Positions 1 through 12,059 of a DNA stretch of 64,000 bases are shown piece by piece. The position numbers were made by a program, and so were the translations under genes. The stretch spans positions 39,184,001-39,248,000 of the forward strand of contig OZ287751.1 of assembly GCA_965649765.1 (NCBI GenBank), given 5' to 3'. The DNA is from Bispira polyomma (taxonomy: Eukaryota). Under the pieces are notes generated by a model. That model did not search any database, was not told the DNA's origin, and saw only the letters and a list, made by a program, of their open reading frames with translations. Position 1 is the first letter of the stretch. Each line of letters opens with the position of its first letter.

Positions 1-1285
1 CGTGTAGCACGTTACTTTTAAAGAATAGCCTGAATTTTTATTTATTTTTTACCCTATCCAAAAATATGCAATTGTTACTGATATAAAACGATTTCAATTT
101 TAAAAATTCAGGTTTTTTTAAACATCCATTATCTCAGAAACGATGTTAGATAGAGCGATTTCGAGCTAATTTTCGACCTTCAAGAATGAATTTACGTATA
201 TGTAAACTGTTCAAATAATTTTCGATTTTCGGGGCCATTTTGAATTTCTGCGTCTTTTTCAAAAATGTCCGTTATCTCGGAAATGGTGCTAGATAGAGCA
301 ATTTCGAGCTTATTTTCGACCCACAGGGCTGATTTTGCTTATATGTAAACTTTTGAAGGAATTTCAATTTTGGCGGCCATCTTGAATTTCTGCGTCTTCT
401 TTGAAAACATCCGTTATCTCAGAAATAGTACTAGATAGAGGGATTTCGAGCTCCTTTTCGACCCACAGGGTTGATTGTGCTTTTATATAAATTTTTAAAG
501 TAATTTTTGATTTTGGGGTCATTTTGAATTTTTGCGTCTTTTTCGAAAACATCCATTACCTCAGAAACGATGCTAGATAGAGCGATTTTGAGCTCATTTT
601 CGACCTTCAAGAATGAATTTGCGCATATGTAAACTGTTCAAATAATTTTTGATTTTGGGAGCCATTTTGAATTTCTGCGTATTTTTTTTGAAAATGTCTA
701 TTATCTCGGAAGCGGTGCTAGATAGAGCGTTTTCGAGCTCATTTTCAAAGCACAGGATTAACTTTTTGATAGGTAAACTTTTGTGAAGTAATTTTTGATT
801 TTGGCAGCCATCTAGAATTTCTGCTTCTTATTCAAAAACATCCGTTATCTCGGAAACGGTGCTATATAGAACAATTTCAAGCTCATTTTTGACTCACAGG
901 GTTAATTTTGGTGATGTGTAAACTTTATAAAAAAATTTCTATTTTGGCAGCCATCTTGAATTTCTGTGTCTTTTTTGAAAACGTCTGTTATTTCGGAAAC
1001 GGTGCTAGATAGAGCGATTTCAAGCCCATTTTCGACCCACAGGGTTAATTTTGCTTGTGTGAACTTTGAAGTACTTTTCGATATTTCTGTGTCTTTTTTC
1101 AAAACATCAGTTATCTCTGAAATGGTGCTAGATAGAGCGATTTAGACCTAATATTCGACCAAAATTGCTGATTCTGCTTTTATGTCAACTTTTAAACAAT
1201 TTCAAACCTTGTACACTCAACAACGTCATTATTATGTCAACTTCATTGATGCTTCGTTTTTGTTATCAAAAACCGTTTTCTAGGT
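1..1285 (+). mobile_element. Helentron/HINE-type non-autonomous element, 5' part outside window, with ~8 copies of a ~142-bp tandem repeat
   Basis: Matches 18600-19912 along its length. Motif TATCTC(G/A)GAAACGGTGCTAGATAGAGCGATTTCGAGC recurs about every 142 bp. Ends with GATGCTTC, hairpin GTTTTTG-TTAT-CAAAAAC, then CTAG. Confidence 0.75.
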
Positions 1286-2016
1286 ATAGTTATTAATCAA
1301 AACATTTTTTTTTCAAATTTTTTATTGGGCCTAAACATTAAGGACAGCACTTGCAAAAGATGCAAAAAAACCATACAAAAACCATACATAAAAAACAATA
1401 AAGTACTGACAAAATACGGTACCCAAAACACAAAGAAAAAAAAAAAAAGAAAAATAAATGGTAAAAAACCCTCAGTGTTGTAAGTTTATTGAAATAGTTC
1501 ATTACTTTAATATATCGCTCATAACAGAATATTACCAAGTGCTTCCTTTCAACATATTTCCCTCAGATCAGATCATAGGTCGGTCGACGTCTGTTGCACC
1601 ATAATATTTTATTAATCAGGGGCAGAAAAATTGTGAAGTCTGTCTTATTGGATTGACATGGAGTACCAAGTAACACTTCTAGTAATGTAAATAAGGTCAT
1701 AATGTTCCTTGAACACCAATTTTAAAAGCTGTTTCAATTCCAGCCACAGGGGTTTAGTTTGGTACAGTCATAAATGTTCCAAGGTGTCCACTTTATTACA
1801 GTACCAGCATAAAGGGCTTTCTTTTACTTTCCATAGACATAAAATGTAAGTACATCCAAAAGTACGATGTATTATCGAGAACTGAAAACTCTGAAGTTTT
1901 AAATCTTGTGTAATCATTTAGGGTAAGCTATAAATTGTAGACCACATAGAAATTTCTAAAAAGGATAATACTTATCCCATTTATTCTCAGCTGCTGGTAC
2001 AGACTGGTGCTATGTC

Positions 2017-2223
2017 AATTTTATTGCATAAAATACACTTACCTCGTCCTAACAAATGCTTTAGTTGATGGCTGTCAACTAAACCACGGTTAAGTAGCCG
2101 AAAAAAGCTATCATACTACCTTAATACCTGTGGTTCAGTGGTGTACTAATTAACCCCCAATTAAGAAGGTCATGTGACCTCATTTGAATCTTCACACTGT
2201 TTTTGACCGTCTTAGTGTACACA
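2017..2223 (+). repeat. DIRS left inverted terminal repeat
   Basis: Reverse complement of about 7976-8163 with about 4 mismatches by eye. Contains hairpin TTTAGTTGA-N6-TCAACTAAA. Confidence 0.95.
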
Positions 2224-2268
2224 GCCATATTGGAAAATTTTAAGGAATTTTTGTTTTTTATTTATATT

Positions 2269-4246
2269 ATGGCGGATGATACTTCTAATGTTGTAAAAAG
2301 ACAATGCTGTATTTGTAAACACTGGCTTTTGGCCTGGGATCAGCATGATGCTTGCATTAGATGCAGATATGAGGGTAGATATGATCTTTGTGGACCAGAC
2401 ATAGCGGGAGTTTGCAAAATTTGTTTGTCTTTCACAGATGAACAATCAGATATTGTAAAAGCAAGGTTTCTTAAGTATAACCAGAAAGCATAAGTTAAGT
2501 CAATGGAAGATGCTTTACTGGGGGAAGAGACTGATCAGAACGTTGTTGAAAATATTTGCCCTAACGGTTCAAGAATCTCTGGCTTTGTTATTGACACAGG
2601 TTAGTTGTCTAGCAACAAGAATGGACAAATTTGAAAAACCCTCTACGACTAGTAAAAAAGATCCCGCAAAGTCTGCAAAATCTTCGGGGGGGGGGAGTCG
2701 ACTCACAAGTCGAAGAACTCATCAAAGCCAAAACCTGCTAAATCAGATTCCAACTCAAAGTCGGACTCGGCTAAACGCCCCAGTGAAGTTGATCAGAATT
2801 TGTTTAGTGGTGGGGATGTTGAGGAGGTTCCTAAACCTGGCTCTCATTCAAAGCCATCTAGCAATTCTAGAAAGCCATCTACAACTACTCCTGCTACTGG
2901 CTCTGCTACCCACAGATCATCTAAGACCTCTACAGTAACCTTACAAGGTTCAGGTAGCCAGGAAGAGCCTGAAAATCTTGATACCTCAGGCCACGGACAT
3001 ACAGGCCTTCATTTTAAGCCGAAAGGCTCAGAGAAACACTCTTCAGGCTCTACTTACCCTGATCATCGCTGCACAGGCCACGCTGGTTTTACTTCTGAGG
3101 TATCTGGAGAAGAGTCTGGTGACTTGTCGGAGTCGGACAGTGTCCACCGTAAGAGGCCTCATTCAGTTTCACCTTGACAGGAAAGTGATAGAACTTATGC
3201 TGAAACCGAGATTGACCCTTCCTACTCTGAGATGTTGACTGCAGTGAGAAAGCTTTTGGGTCTATCTGTACAAGTTCCTGAAGTCTCAGCTCCACCGGCA
3301 GTCTTCAATAAGAAACCTTCCAAGAAAGCATCCAATCTATAAGCTTTAGTTTTTCCACCGGCTGGAAATATGGAGGATGCCTGGAATTATAGGCAGAGGA
3401 AGGCATCTGAGAGAGATTCTGCAGGCAACCTGGGAGCTCAGCCTCTGGCTAAAGGACTTTTCCTGACGTTTGACAAACCCTCCATGAAGTGGTATACTAC
3501 TACACCTCAGCCATTTGCCTTGGTTCCTCCAAAACTACCAGATGGATTTTCCAATATTGTTAGATCGTCAACTTTGCCTTATATTTCTACACCAAGCAAG
3601 CAATATCTGGCTCAAGAGACAGCCTCCAGAGAGAACGTTCAGATATTAGGACATGTATCATGGTTTAGCTTGGCGCTTCAAGAGATCAACTCCAGGATTT
3701 CACAGATTTCATCTGATTTGAGAAGTTGTTCAACTAGAGATGTCTTCAACGAAAAATTAGACCTTTTAGATCATTTCACACAGTTACATTCCTCAATCAC
3801 AGCATCTTTGGACACTGGTTTAGAGACAATATTATCACACAACATGACCCTGGCTTGCAATTTGTTGCTCAATAGGAGGGATGCTTACCTCAGAGCCTGT
3901 CATGATCAAGTTACTTCAGATGACTCTTCTCAGATCAGCTCCTTTCGTTTCTAAGGAGGTTTTTCCTGCAGATGTGTTGTCCAAGGTTGAAAAACACTAC
4001 ATACAGAGACTTCATGTTCCAAAGTCACGTACTGAGTCAAAGGCACAGTCTAATCAACTTTTTGATTCCAGAAGGGACAACCATCAGCATAATCAAAAGC
4101 CTTACTCCAAGCCAGCCAGTCATCAACAGCCCCCGAAAAAGTCCGGGTCTTTTCGTCAGTTCGGTAGTCAGCAGTCCAGTAAACAGAACTACCAACCGAA
4201 CGCTCCCGCCTTCTGTGGTTCTCGCAGAAGAGGAAGGCGGAATTGA
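2269..4246 (+). pseudogene. DIRS gag-like ORF1, disrupted
   Basis: N-terminal Cys/His cluster (CCIC...DQHDACIRC...C..C), Ser/Lys-rich middle, LLNRRDAYL motif and basic C-terminus. Broken by stops and frameshifts into fragments at 2203, 2510, 2800, 3370 and 3881. Confidence 0.8.
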
Positions 4247-4249
4247 CTA

Positions 4250-6140
4250 TTGCGCCACCAGGCGAGCAGGAGGTCGTTTGAGAGATTTTTGTCAGGTATA
4301 GGAACAATTTCATCTTCATCCAAGTGTAGTTCTGATGTTACAACACGGCTATTGCCTAGATTTTCAGATTCGGCCAACCTTGGTCCGTTTTCTCACTGTC
4401 ATAAGTGGTTATTCGGATTCTCAGAAACAAAAATTACTGCTTCAAGCAGTAACAGATATGTTAGTAAAAAAGGCAATAGTCCCAGTTGTAAACAGAGCTA
4501 CACTAGGCTTTTACAGTCGATTGTTTCTAGTTCCAAAGCCCCAAAACAAATGGAGAGCAGTGATAGATTTGAGTATGGTCAACAGATTCCTAAACATTCC
4601 GACTTTCAAAATGGAAACGGCGGAGTCGATTCAAAAGTCTCTGGTCAAGGGCGAATGGGTGATATCTTTAGACCTCACAGACGCTTACTTTCATATACCC
4701 ATTCATCCATCTTACCAAAAGTTCCTCCGATTTCAGGTGGCAGATCGTGTCTACCAGTTTGTAGCTCTGCCCTTCGGTTTGGCGACAGCCCCTCTCGAGT
4801 TTACAAAGGTTGTGAAAGAAGTAAAATTTTTAGCTTGGGCTCACAATCTCAGAATTCACCAGTATGTCGACGACTGGATGTTGAGGACAAAATCTCGAGC
4901 TCAGTGTCTTCAGAAGACACAGCAATTGCTGATTCTAATTCAGAAATTAGGTTGGCTAATAAATTTCAAAAATCAGAACTCGTTCCAACACAAAAGCTCG
5001 ATTTTTTGGGATAGTGATTTAGAAAACGGCCTTGTGTTTCCAACCCAAAAGAAATGTTCCATACTCAAAGATCACATTGTTTCCATTCAAAAGTCAAAGT
5101 TTGTTACTCCAAGAAAGCTAATGTCTTTAATAGGTACCATGGCTTCCATGGAAAAGCAGATTCCATTGGCAAGAATTCACATGACACCTTTCCAATGGTA
5201 TCTGAAAAGGTACTGGATGTACCATCAGTCCCTAGATTTGAGGATTCCAGTCGAGTCGATTTTAAGGACTCATCTGGAATGGTGGGAAGATCCAAAGAAC
5301 CTTTTAAAAGGTTCTCCACTTCATCCAGAAGAACACAGTGTTCTGTTGTTCACGGATGCCTCAAACAAGGGTTGGGGAGCTCACATAGAAAACTTAAGCA
5401 CAAGTGGACTATGGAGCCCCTCAGAAGCCCATCTCCATATCAATCTGTTGGAGATGAAGGCTGTGTTACTGGCCCTGAAAAATTTCCAGTTTCAGGTACA
5501 GAACAAAGTTGTTCTAGCGGCATCAGACAACTCCACAGTGGTGTCTTATGTCAACAAACAAGGGGGGACACATTCTGTGGAAATGTGTCTGTTGGTCTGG
5601 AGGCTTTTGGCATGGACAAATGCCAGGGGCATTCAAATAAGAGCCAGACACGTACAGGGCAGTCTGAATGTTATTGCCGACTCCTTGTCAAGGAGGGACA
5701 AGACCATTCAGACCGAGTGGTCCTTATATCCAAGGGTGTTCAATGCAATCTGCAAACAGTGGCACAAACCAATGATAGACATGTTTGCAATCAAGCTCAA
5801 TCACATGCTTCCACTGTATGTGTCTCCTGTCCCAGACAGTCAAGCTTGGGCAGTAGATGCATTGAACATCTCTTGAGAGGGTCTGGACGGCTATGTGTAT
5901 TGTCCAGTAGCAGTGCTGTCGCAAGTGATTCAAAAGATAATCACTTACGATTGTCAGATGCTAGTCGTGGCTCCAGGGTGGCCTCAGATGCCATGGTTTT
6001 GGGATCTGGTGGAGCTCTCGGTAAGGCCTCCACTAGCTCTTCCACAGTGAGAACTATTGTTGAAACAGCCGTTCAACCACAAATTCCACAACAATCTGGA
6101 ATTCCTCAATCTTCATGTTTGGAATCTCCAGTCCCAGAGC
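4250..6140 (+). pseudogene. DIRS pol: reverse transcriptase, RNase H and methyltransferase-like domain
   Basis: RT motifs FYSRLFLVPK, LDLTDAYFHI, LPFGL, YVDD. RNase H motifs FTDASNKGWG, HINLLEM, SDN, NVIADSLSR. MT-like IDMFA...AVDAL...VAPGWPQMPWF. Premature stops at 4299, 5874 and 6048. End coordinate approximate. Confidence 0.93.
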
Positions 6141-6211
6141 CAAGTTCTGGAAGATTCTCACTTGAGGTGGAAAGCCGAATTAAGGCACCTTAAAGGGAAT
6201 TTTCCAGAAAA

Positions 6212-7185
6212 TTGTATCAGTCAAGGTGGTCCATTTTTAGAGACTGGTGTGTGGAGAATGAGGTGGATGTCAAAGCACCTTCTATTCCTCAAGTAGCTGA
6301 ATTTTTGAATTACTTGTTTATAGAAAAAGATTTGAAACCAGCTACCATTGTAGGCCACAGAACATATTGTAGATGGTTTGGGCTTGCTGGGCAACACTTT
6401 CTCAAAGAGTAGTGAGTTGAACAGACTTGTAGCTAGTTTCTTTAGAGACAAACCTAGAGCTAATAGAGCTATTCCTACGTGGGATTTAGTCTTAGTACTT
6501 TTAGCCCTTACAAAACCACCTTTTGAGCCATTGAGTGAAACTTCTTTAAAGTTATTGACCTTTAAGACAGTCTTTTTGATGGCTTTGGCTTCAGGGAAAA
6601 GGAGAAGTGAGATACATGCTTGGACTCATTCTTCTCTAAGTTTCAGGGAAAATTGGTCTGAAGTCACAATTTCCCCTTCCCCGGCTTTTTTAGCAAAGAA
6701 TCAGTTGGCCTCAGATGGACTAGATTCTCTTAGGCCAGTGGTCATTCCGGCCTTAAAGCCTACTCTTGATAAAGCTTTGATTGAAGATAGTTCTTTGTGT
6801 CCAGTCAGATCTTTAAAGTACTACTTAGATAGAACTAAGGATTTAAGGTCACACAAAAATTTGTTGTTTGTGTCTATGAAACAAGGTTTTGAAAAGGATA
6901 TTTCTAAGTCTACCAATTCTTTATGGATAAAACAGACAATTCTGTTTTGTTATAAGAATTGTGACAAAGAAGTACAACAAGTCTCTCAGGTTAAGGCTCA
7001 TGATGTGAGAGCCATGGCTGCATCTTTAGCCTTTAAGGGTGGCCTGTCTCTTGAGCAGGTATTGGGTGCATGTTTCTGGAAGTCTCATGGAACTTTCACC
7101 AACTTTAACCTAAGAGATGTATGTTGGAAGAATCAAGATATATTTAAGTTGGGTCCGGTGGTCTCAGCTCAAACTGTAGTTAACG
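6212..7185 (+). pseudogene. DIRS tyrosine recombinase (SAM-like N-domain plus catalytic domain)
   Basis: YQSRWSIFRDWC, ASGKRRSEIHA, LCPVRSL, HDVRAMAAS, WKSHGTFTNF, GPVVSAQ. Frameshift near 6365. Confidence 0.92.
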
Positions 7186-7823
7186 ATAGTAAGTTTCAAA
7201 TTACTAATCTTACTTTCATGTACCACACATTGTTATATGACATGAGTTACATGTATGTTTTGTTGTCTTTTCTTTGTAGACACCTCCACAATGTAGATAG
7301 TATACATATCATCTTGTACATATGTTGGGCCTTGAAGATATGCTGATATGCAGATGACGAGATCTTGCGGTCTCTGACAGAGCCTATCAACATGTCTTCA
7401 TCATATTTGTGGGTGATGTGATTGTTGAAGTTACCTGTTCTACCATCAAACTTCAGTGTTTTGTTTGGTGAGTAAAGTTTTAGACAGTTATACTCTCTTA
7501 CTCTTAACAGTAGCTTGTATTTTGTCTGGTAGCTTCATATAGTCATATATTCTTATATATTCATATGTATATTTTCATATATGATTTAATTTATAATTCA
7601 TTCTTACTTCATACAGTAGTTTGTTTTATGGTCTGGTTCTTTATCATATTCATGTATTTTAAGTAATAGTATATGATTATGTGTATATGTGCTGTGTCTG
7701 GGTTATTGTTTTTATTGTCTATTTTTTCATAGGTGATGTTTATTCCTGTATATTTGGCCTGTGCTTCAGTGTGTTTACTAAAGTTCAGAGAATTCGAACC
7801 CATCCAGCCGTATTTTTGGAATC

Positions 7824-7926
7824 AGCATTTGTTAGGACGAGGTAAGTGTATTTTATGCAATAAAATTGGTTAATTTTATTGTAATTATAATTTTTATAAA
7901 TAAAAATACCTACCTCGTCCTAACAA
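7824..7926. repeat. DIRS internal complementary region (ICR)
   Basis: 7824-7867 is the reverse complement of the left end (2017-2060). 7868-7926 is the reverse complement of the right end (about 8144-8202). The two halves are joined directly. Confidence 0.95.
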
Positions 7927-7975
7927 CTACATTCCCATCCCTTCTCCCCGCTTTTCGAATTATCTGGAGAGTTAG

Positions 7976-8204
7976 TGTGTACACTAAGACGGTCAAAAAC
8001 ATTGTGAAGATTCAAATGAGGTCACATGACCTTCTTAATTGGGGGTTAATTAGTACACCACTGAACCACAGGTATTAAGGTAGTATGATAGCTTTTTTCG
8101 GCTATTTAACCGTGGTTTAGTTGACGACCATCAACTAAAGCATTTGTTAGGACGAGGTAAGTATTTTTATTTATAAAAATTGTAATTACAATAAAATTAA
8201 CCAA
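7976..8204 (-). repeat. DIRS right inverted terminal repeat with right extension
   Basis: Inverted copy of the left ITR, plus an extension ending ...AAAATTAACCAA that is mirrored in the ICR. Confidence 0.95.
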
Positions 8205-9013
8205 GTTTGTGTAGATTTTTTTGTTTGTCAATTTTGAAATATTTGTTCAGAGATCGACAAATTTAAAAGCTAATTGGCTGTTTCATCATATTCTTGTTTA
8301 ATGATGCTTCTCCATTTTTTAGGTATAGCCCACAGTAATGAGTTATAGTCAAGTTGAGACAAGGTGCAGTTGTATTCCGCATCTATTTCTGATTTAGTTT
8401 AAAATCTCTTTTGGACAATTAATTCTCTTAGATGAGCAATACCTGTGTTTCGTATAAGGTCAAACTGTTCGCTTAGGGGTTTATTCCCCCTACCAATGTA
8501 TACTTATTATAACTTATTTTTCATGTTTTATTTTGTTTATTCCCAGAGAAAGGGTTTCAACCTCTTCCTCTCTGCACTGGGTGTCTAAAACATGCTATAA
8601 AGGAGGGAATAAACTAGGGTGGTTGTGCTATTAAAATAGAAATAATAAGTTAAATTTGTATTAAATAACTAATGATTTGTCTGGGGATACACCTGTGGCA
8701 AGTTGACACAATTTCTAGTTTTGAACAGAGCCAAGGCAGATTGTGTGAAATATGTATTTAAAGGGGCTTTATCAACAGTAAACAAGTCTGTCCCTGTGGT
8801 GTAGTACAAATACAGTGGAGCCTTTGTTAGCTGAGCTTATCGGGATTGGAGTTAACACAAGTTCTAGTGTCTTGCCTTAAAGACATTACCCCAACAAATA
8901 TTGTAAAGGCTTAGACCAAGTTTCCTGTCCTCGACAATACTTTGATTTTCACTGATGTATGCATGGCGAGAACAGAGTCGTTTACTATAGCATATCATTG
9001 TAAATCTGAATTT

Positions 9014-9243
9014 AAATTTGAATTTGGAAATTTAACGTCCACTCTAGTACCTTGAGTTCAGCTATATTGGGACGGATAGTTGGAGCACTGGAGGAAACAA
9101 GACAAACAGTTGATCAAGGCTCTGCAATGAAACTAGCGGCCTACAGTAAGGAACAACCACCTTTCCCACATAGACATCGATGGGAGTCGAACTTGCGACT
9201 ATTCGATCTCGAGAGGTGAGAGACCCGTGATTGTGAAGCGCAA
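9014..9243 (-). mobile_element. tRNA-derived SINE, partial
   Basis: Reverse-strand match to the SINE at 19947-20214. Confidence 0.75.
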
Positions 9244-10043
9244 TCTAAAATCTGACACACTAGTTTATTATGTCAATAATTTTAAATAACAATATTTAAT
9301 CAATCCAGTACTTTTAGGTTGACCTTGAGTTATACTAATGTGTACGGCTATTTGATTAATCACTATATATACTAGAGACCTAAACTTACTGGTTATATGG
9401 TGGTTTCATATTGCCGATTTAGTCCCCGACTATCCTGATTTTGAAGTCCTGGGCATGTTCGTATAGTCCGGGGGACCAAAACAGGGCGTCCACGGTGATC
9501 AGAAAAAGTCCTTCGGACTAGCTTCCCGAACCTTAAAAACATATTGGTGAATACGTTCGATCATATTGTCAATGCGTTCTGTTGGATAGGTTTTATCGCA
9601 CTCCAGGCCTGTCCTAACACTGGCCCTTTCGATCCTATTGGGATTTTCCCCCTTTTTGGTAGGACAAAACGGGCCAGTCTTACGATCGAACTTATTGATA
9701 TCCCAATCCGACGTATTGCGCGTCGATCAAACTTATTGTCACCCTGTCAGAACTTAGAGATGATACTTTTTTTACCCCGATCGAACTGGTTGGAGTAGGA
9801 CCGAACGTATTGACTATAGGGTCTGCTGGGGGAGCTAAACGATTGAACGATGGCATGTGTCGGGTGGTTTGGGCATAAAAAAATCGCGGTAGTGCAAGAC
9901 TCTTTGTATTTGGAGATTGCTGGCTGGGGATACATGTTGTAATTTTTATTAGCGAGGCTTTTTATTGTTTTTAATGTTATATGTACTTGATCTTAGGGAC
10001 TACTTTACAGTCAGGTTTTATTTTATCACACATAACATTTATA

Positions 10044-11450
10044 ATGCCTAGAGGAAAGATAGTGAAGAGTATGATGATGGAGATGGCTAAGGAGAGGGAG
10101 AAGACACCGAAGTTCGAGGTGGGCTTTTCGTCTGAAGATTCAGGGGCTGAGATAAAGAAGAAGGTAGAGTGGGCTAGCCTAGCACCCAGTGAGAGGAAGA
10201 AAGAACAAAGTGACAGAGAGGGGTCAACAGAGTCATATCAGTTCAGAAGTAGAGTTGAGAAGATGGGAAAGATGGTGCATGTGATCCTCACAGAGGCAGA
10301 CAAGGAGTCCATAGTTGAATTCGTGAGGGAAAACGAGGTTCTGTACGACAAGCTCCACCAACATTTTAAGGACTAGTCGCTGAAGGACAGGCTCTGAGAC
10401 AAGTTTGTTACCACCAATGGTCTCAAGGTTTCAGAGGTCAGGACTTGGTTTGAGTCGCCACACACCCATTTCGGCAAACTTATGATGAAGAAGTTAGGCC
10501 AAGCACCCCCAGAGTTCACAGACAGAGAGAACTGGTTACTGAGTCGTTTGGCGGTCTCACATCGTCAGGTATGTCAAGTCTTCAACTTTCAAGCCCAATG
10601 TCAAGTCAACCCAGGGAGCTTCACCACATAGACAGACCGAGATCCACAATCTCTCCAGGTGTTCGAGCATAGGTGAAGACAGCGCCACAGAGACCAGTCT
10701 TAGAAGTAGTCACAGACACCAAAACCAGACCCAGTTTTACACAGTCAAAGCATCCTGCAGTTTCAAACTATGTCCCTCAACATCAAGTTGTGTATGTGGA
10801 TACAGCTACAATGTCGACCTCCCTGACTGCCCAGCCATGTCCAAAAGATTCTTTAATACTTACTGGTTGAGACTACCGGGGCAACCAAGCAGGTGAAACT
10901 GGTCAGTCCATCACCCAGCAAACATTTTTCAAACCCACTATTGAATGCTTCTACCTATGATGATACAGCTCAAAACACTTTGTATATTTCTAGTTTTTTG
11001 AAACATTACAACACAGAAATACCAAAGGATATTGGATACGAACAGATCTTGAGCCCAACACCTGGCCTGATTACATCACCAGTCAACGATCAGCAACAAC
11101 AGCTTGTAACGCTCAGCCTACAGATAGTCAGCGATCAGCAACAACAGCTTGTAACACTCAGCCTACAGATAGTCAGTGATCAGCAACAACAGCTTGTAAC
11201 GCTCAGCCTACAGATAATCAGCGATCAGCAACAACAGCTTGGAACGCTCAGCCTTCAGATAGTCAGTGATCAGCAACAACAGCTTGGAATGCTCATCCTT
11301 CAACCAGTTAGCAATCAGCTTCAACAGCTTGGAACGTGCAGCCTACAACCATCCAACATCACCTCCGCATCACAGTCACAGCCTTCTCCCAATACCGCAG
11401 TAGCCAATCGGCAGTCTCCTGGCAGTCCTCTTCAGACCGTCATTCGTTGA
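10044..11450 (+). pseudogene. Harbinger MADF/Myb-like DNA-binding protein, disrupted
   Basis: ESIVEFVRENEVLYDKLHQHFKD*..KDRL*...VRTWFES...FGKL...GQA...TDRENW matches the MADF pattern. Contains stops and frameshifts. Confidence 0.75.
11081..11346 (+). repeat. 45-bp coding minisatellite, about 6 copies (DQQQQLVTLSLQIVS)
   Basis: Direct tandem repeats visible in the DNA and in ORF 10893-11450. Confidence 0.9.
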
Positions 11451-12059
11451 AACTTCCAAACAAACATAGTACACCATTCCCTCAAAAACAATTCACACAT
11501 ACACACAGAAATTACAAATAACTGGCCCAGAGTTCAAACTTAAAATAAAAATCCTAAACAAACAGATTACACTGTCCCCTCAAAAACAATTTACACATAG
11601 ACACAGAAATTATAAATTACTGGCCAAGAGTTCAAACCCCAAAGTAAAAATTGAATGACAGTAAATCTCCCAGTACCAGTGTTTGTCCCCAGAAATACAA
11701 AAAAGCCCAAATAATTACTAAATTGACAGAAAAAGCCCCTATTTCCTTTGTAAATTGTAACTTGTAAAAAAGACAAAAAGAAAAAAAAAAAAAAAAAAAT
11801 TAGAAAAAAAAGGAGAAACTCTTTTTAACTCCATATTTTGACAGTTGTGCGAAAGAGTCTCTCATAGACCAAAAAATCATTTCCTGAAATGTCCCTCTCC
11901 AAAACAAGTGGTCACATCACTGGCAGGGTTTAAACCCAGTCTTTTTCTCAAACAAGTGGTCATACCAATGACAGGGTTTGAACCCATGATCTCTGACACT
12001 CCATGGCCCATTAACCTATCTATTGCTGGGGAATCTTGGATATTCTGTAGTTGAATATC

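Larger units (their letters stand above)
2017..8204 (+). mobile_element. DIRS1-like tyrosine-recombinase retrotransposon, full length, coding regions mutated
   Basis: gag, RT/RNase H/MT and YR reading frames in DIRS order, bounded by inverted terminal repeats, with an internal complementary region before the right ITR. Confidence 0.96.

Noticed and set aside
364-1102. Short ORFs 364-552, 902-1102 and 19430-19966
   Set aside because: Chance translations of the 142-bp satellite.
4299-6050. APOBEC-style hypermutation or selenocysteine recoding from three apparent Trp-to-stop changes in DIRS pol
   Set aside because: TGG is the codon most easily converted to a stop by one transition, there are too few events without a consensus, and the positions fit Trp rather than Cys.
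7351-7380. Hammerhead ribozyme
   Set aside because: The core reads CAGATGA...GACA rather than CTGATGA...GAAA and no stem III is evident. Kept only as a generic structure candidate.
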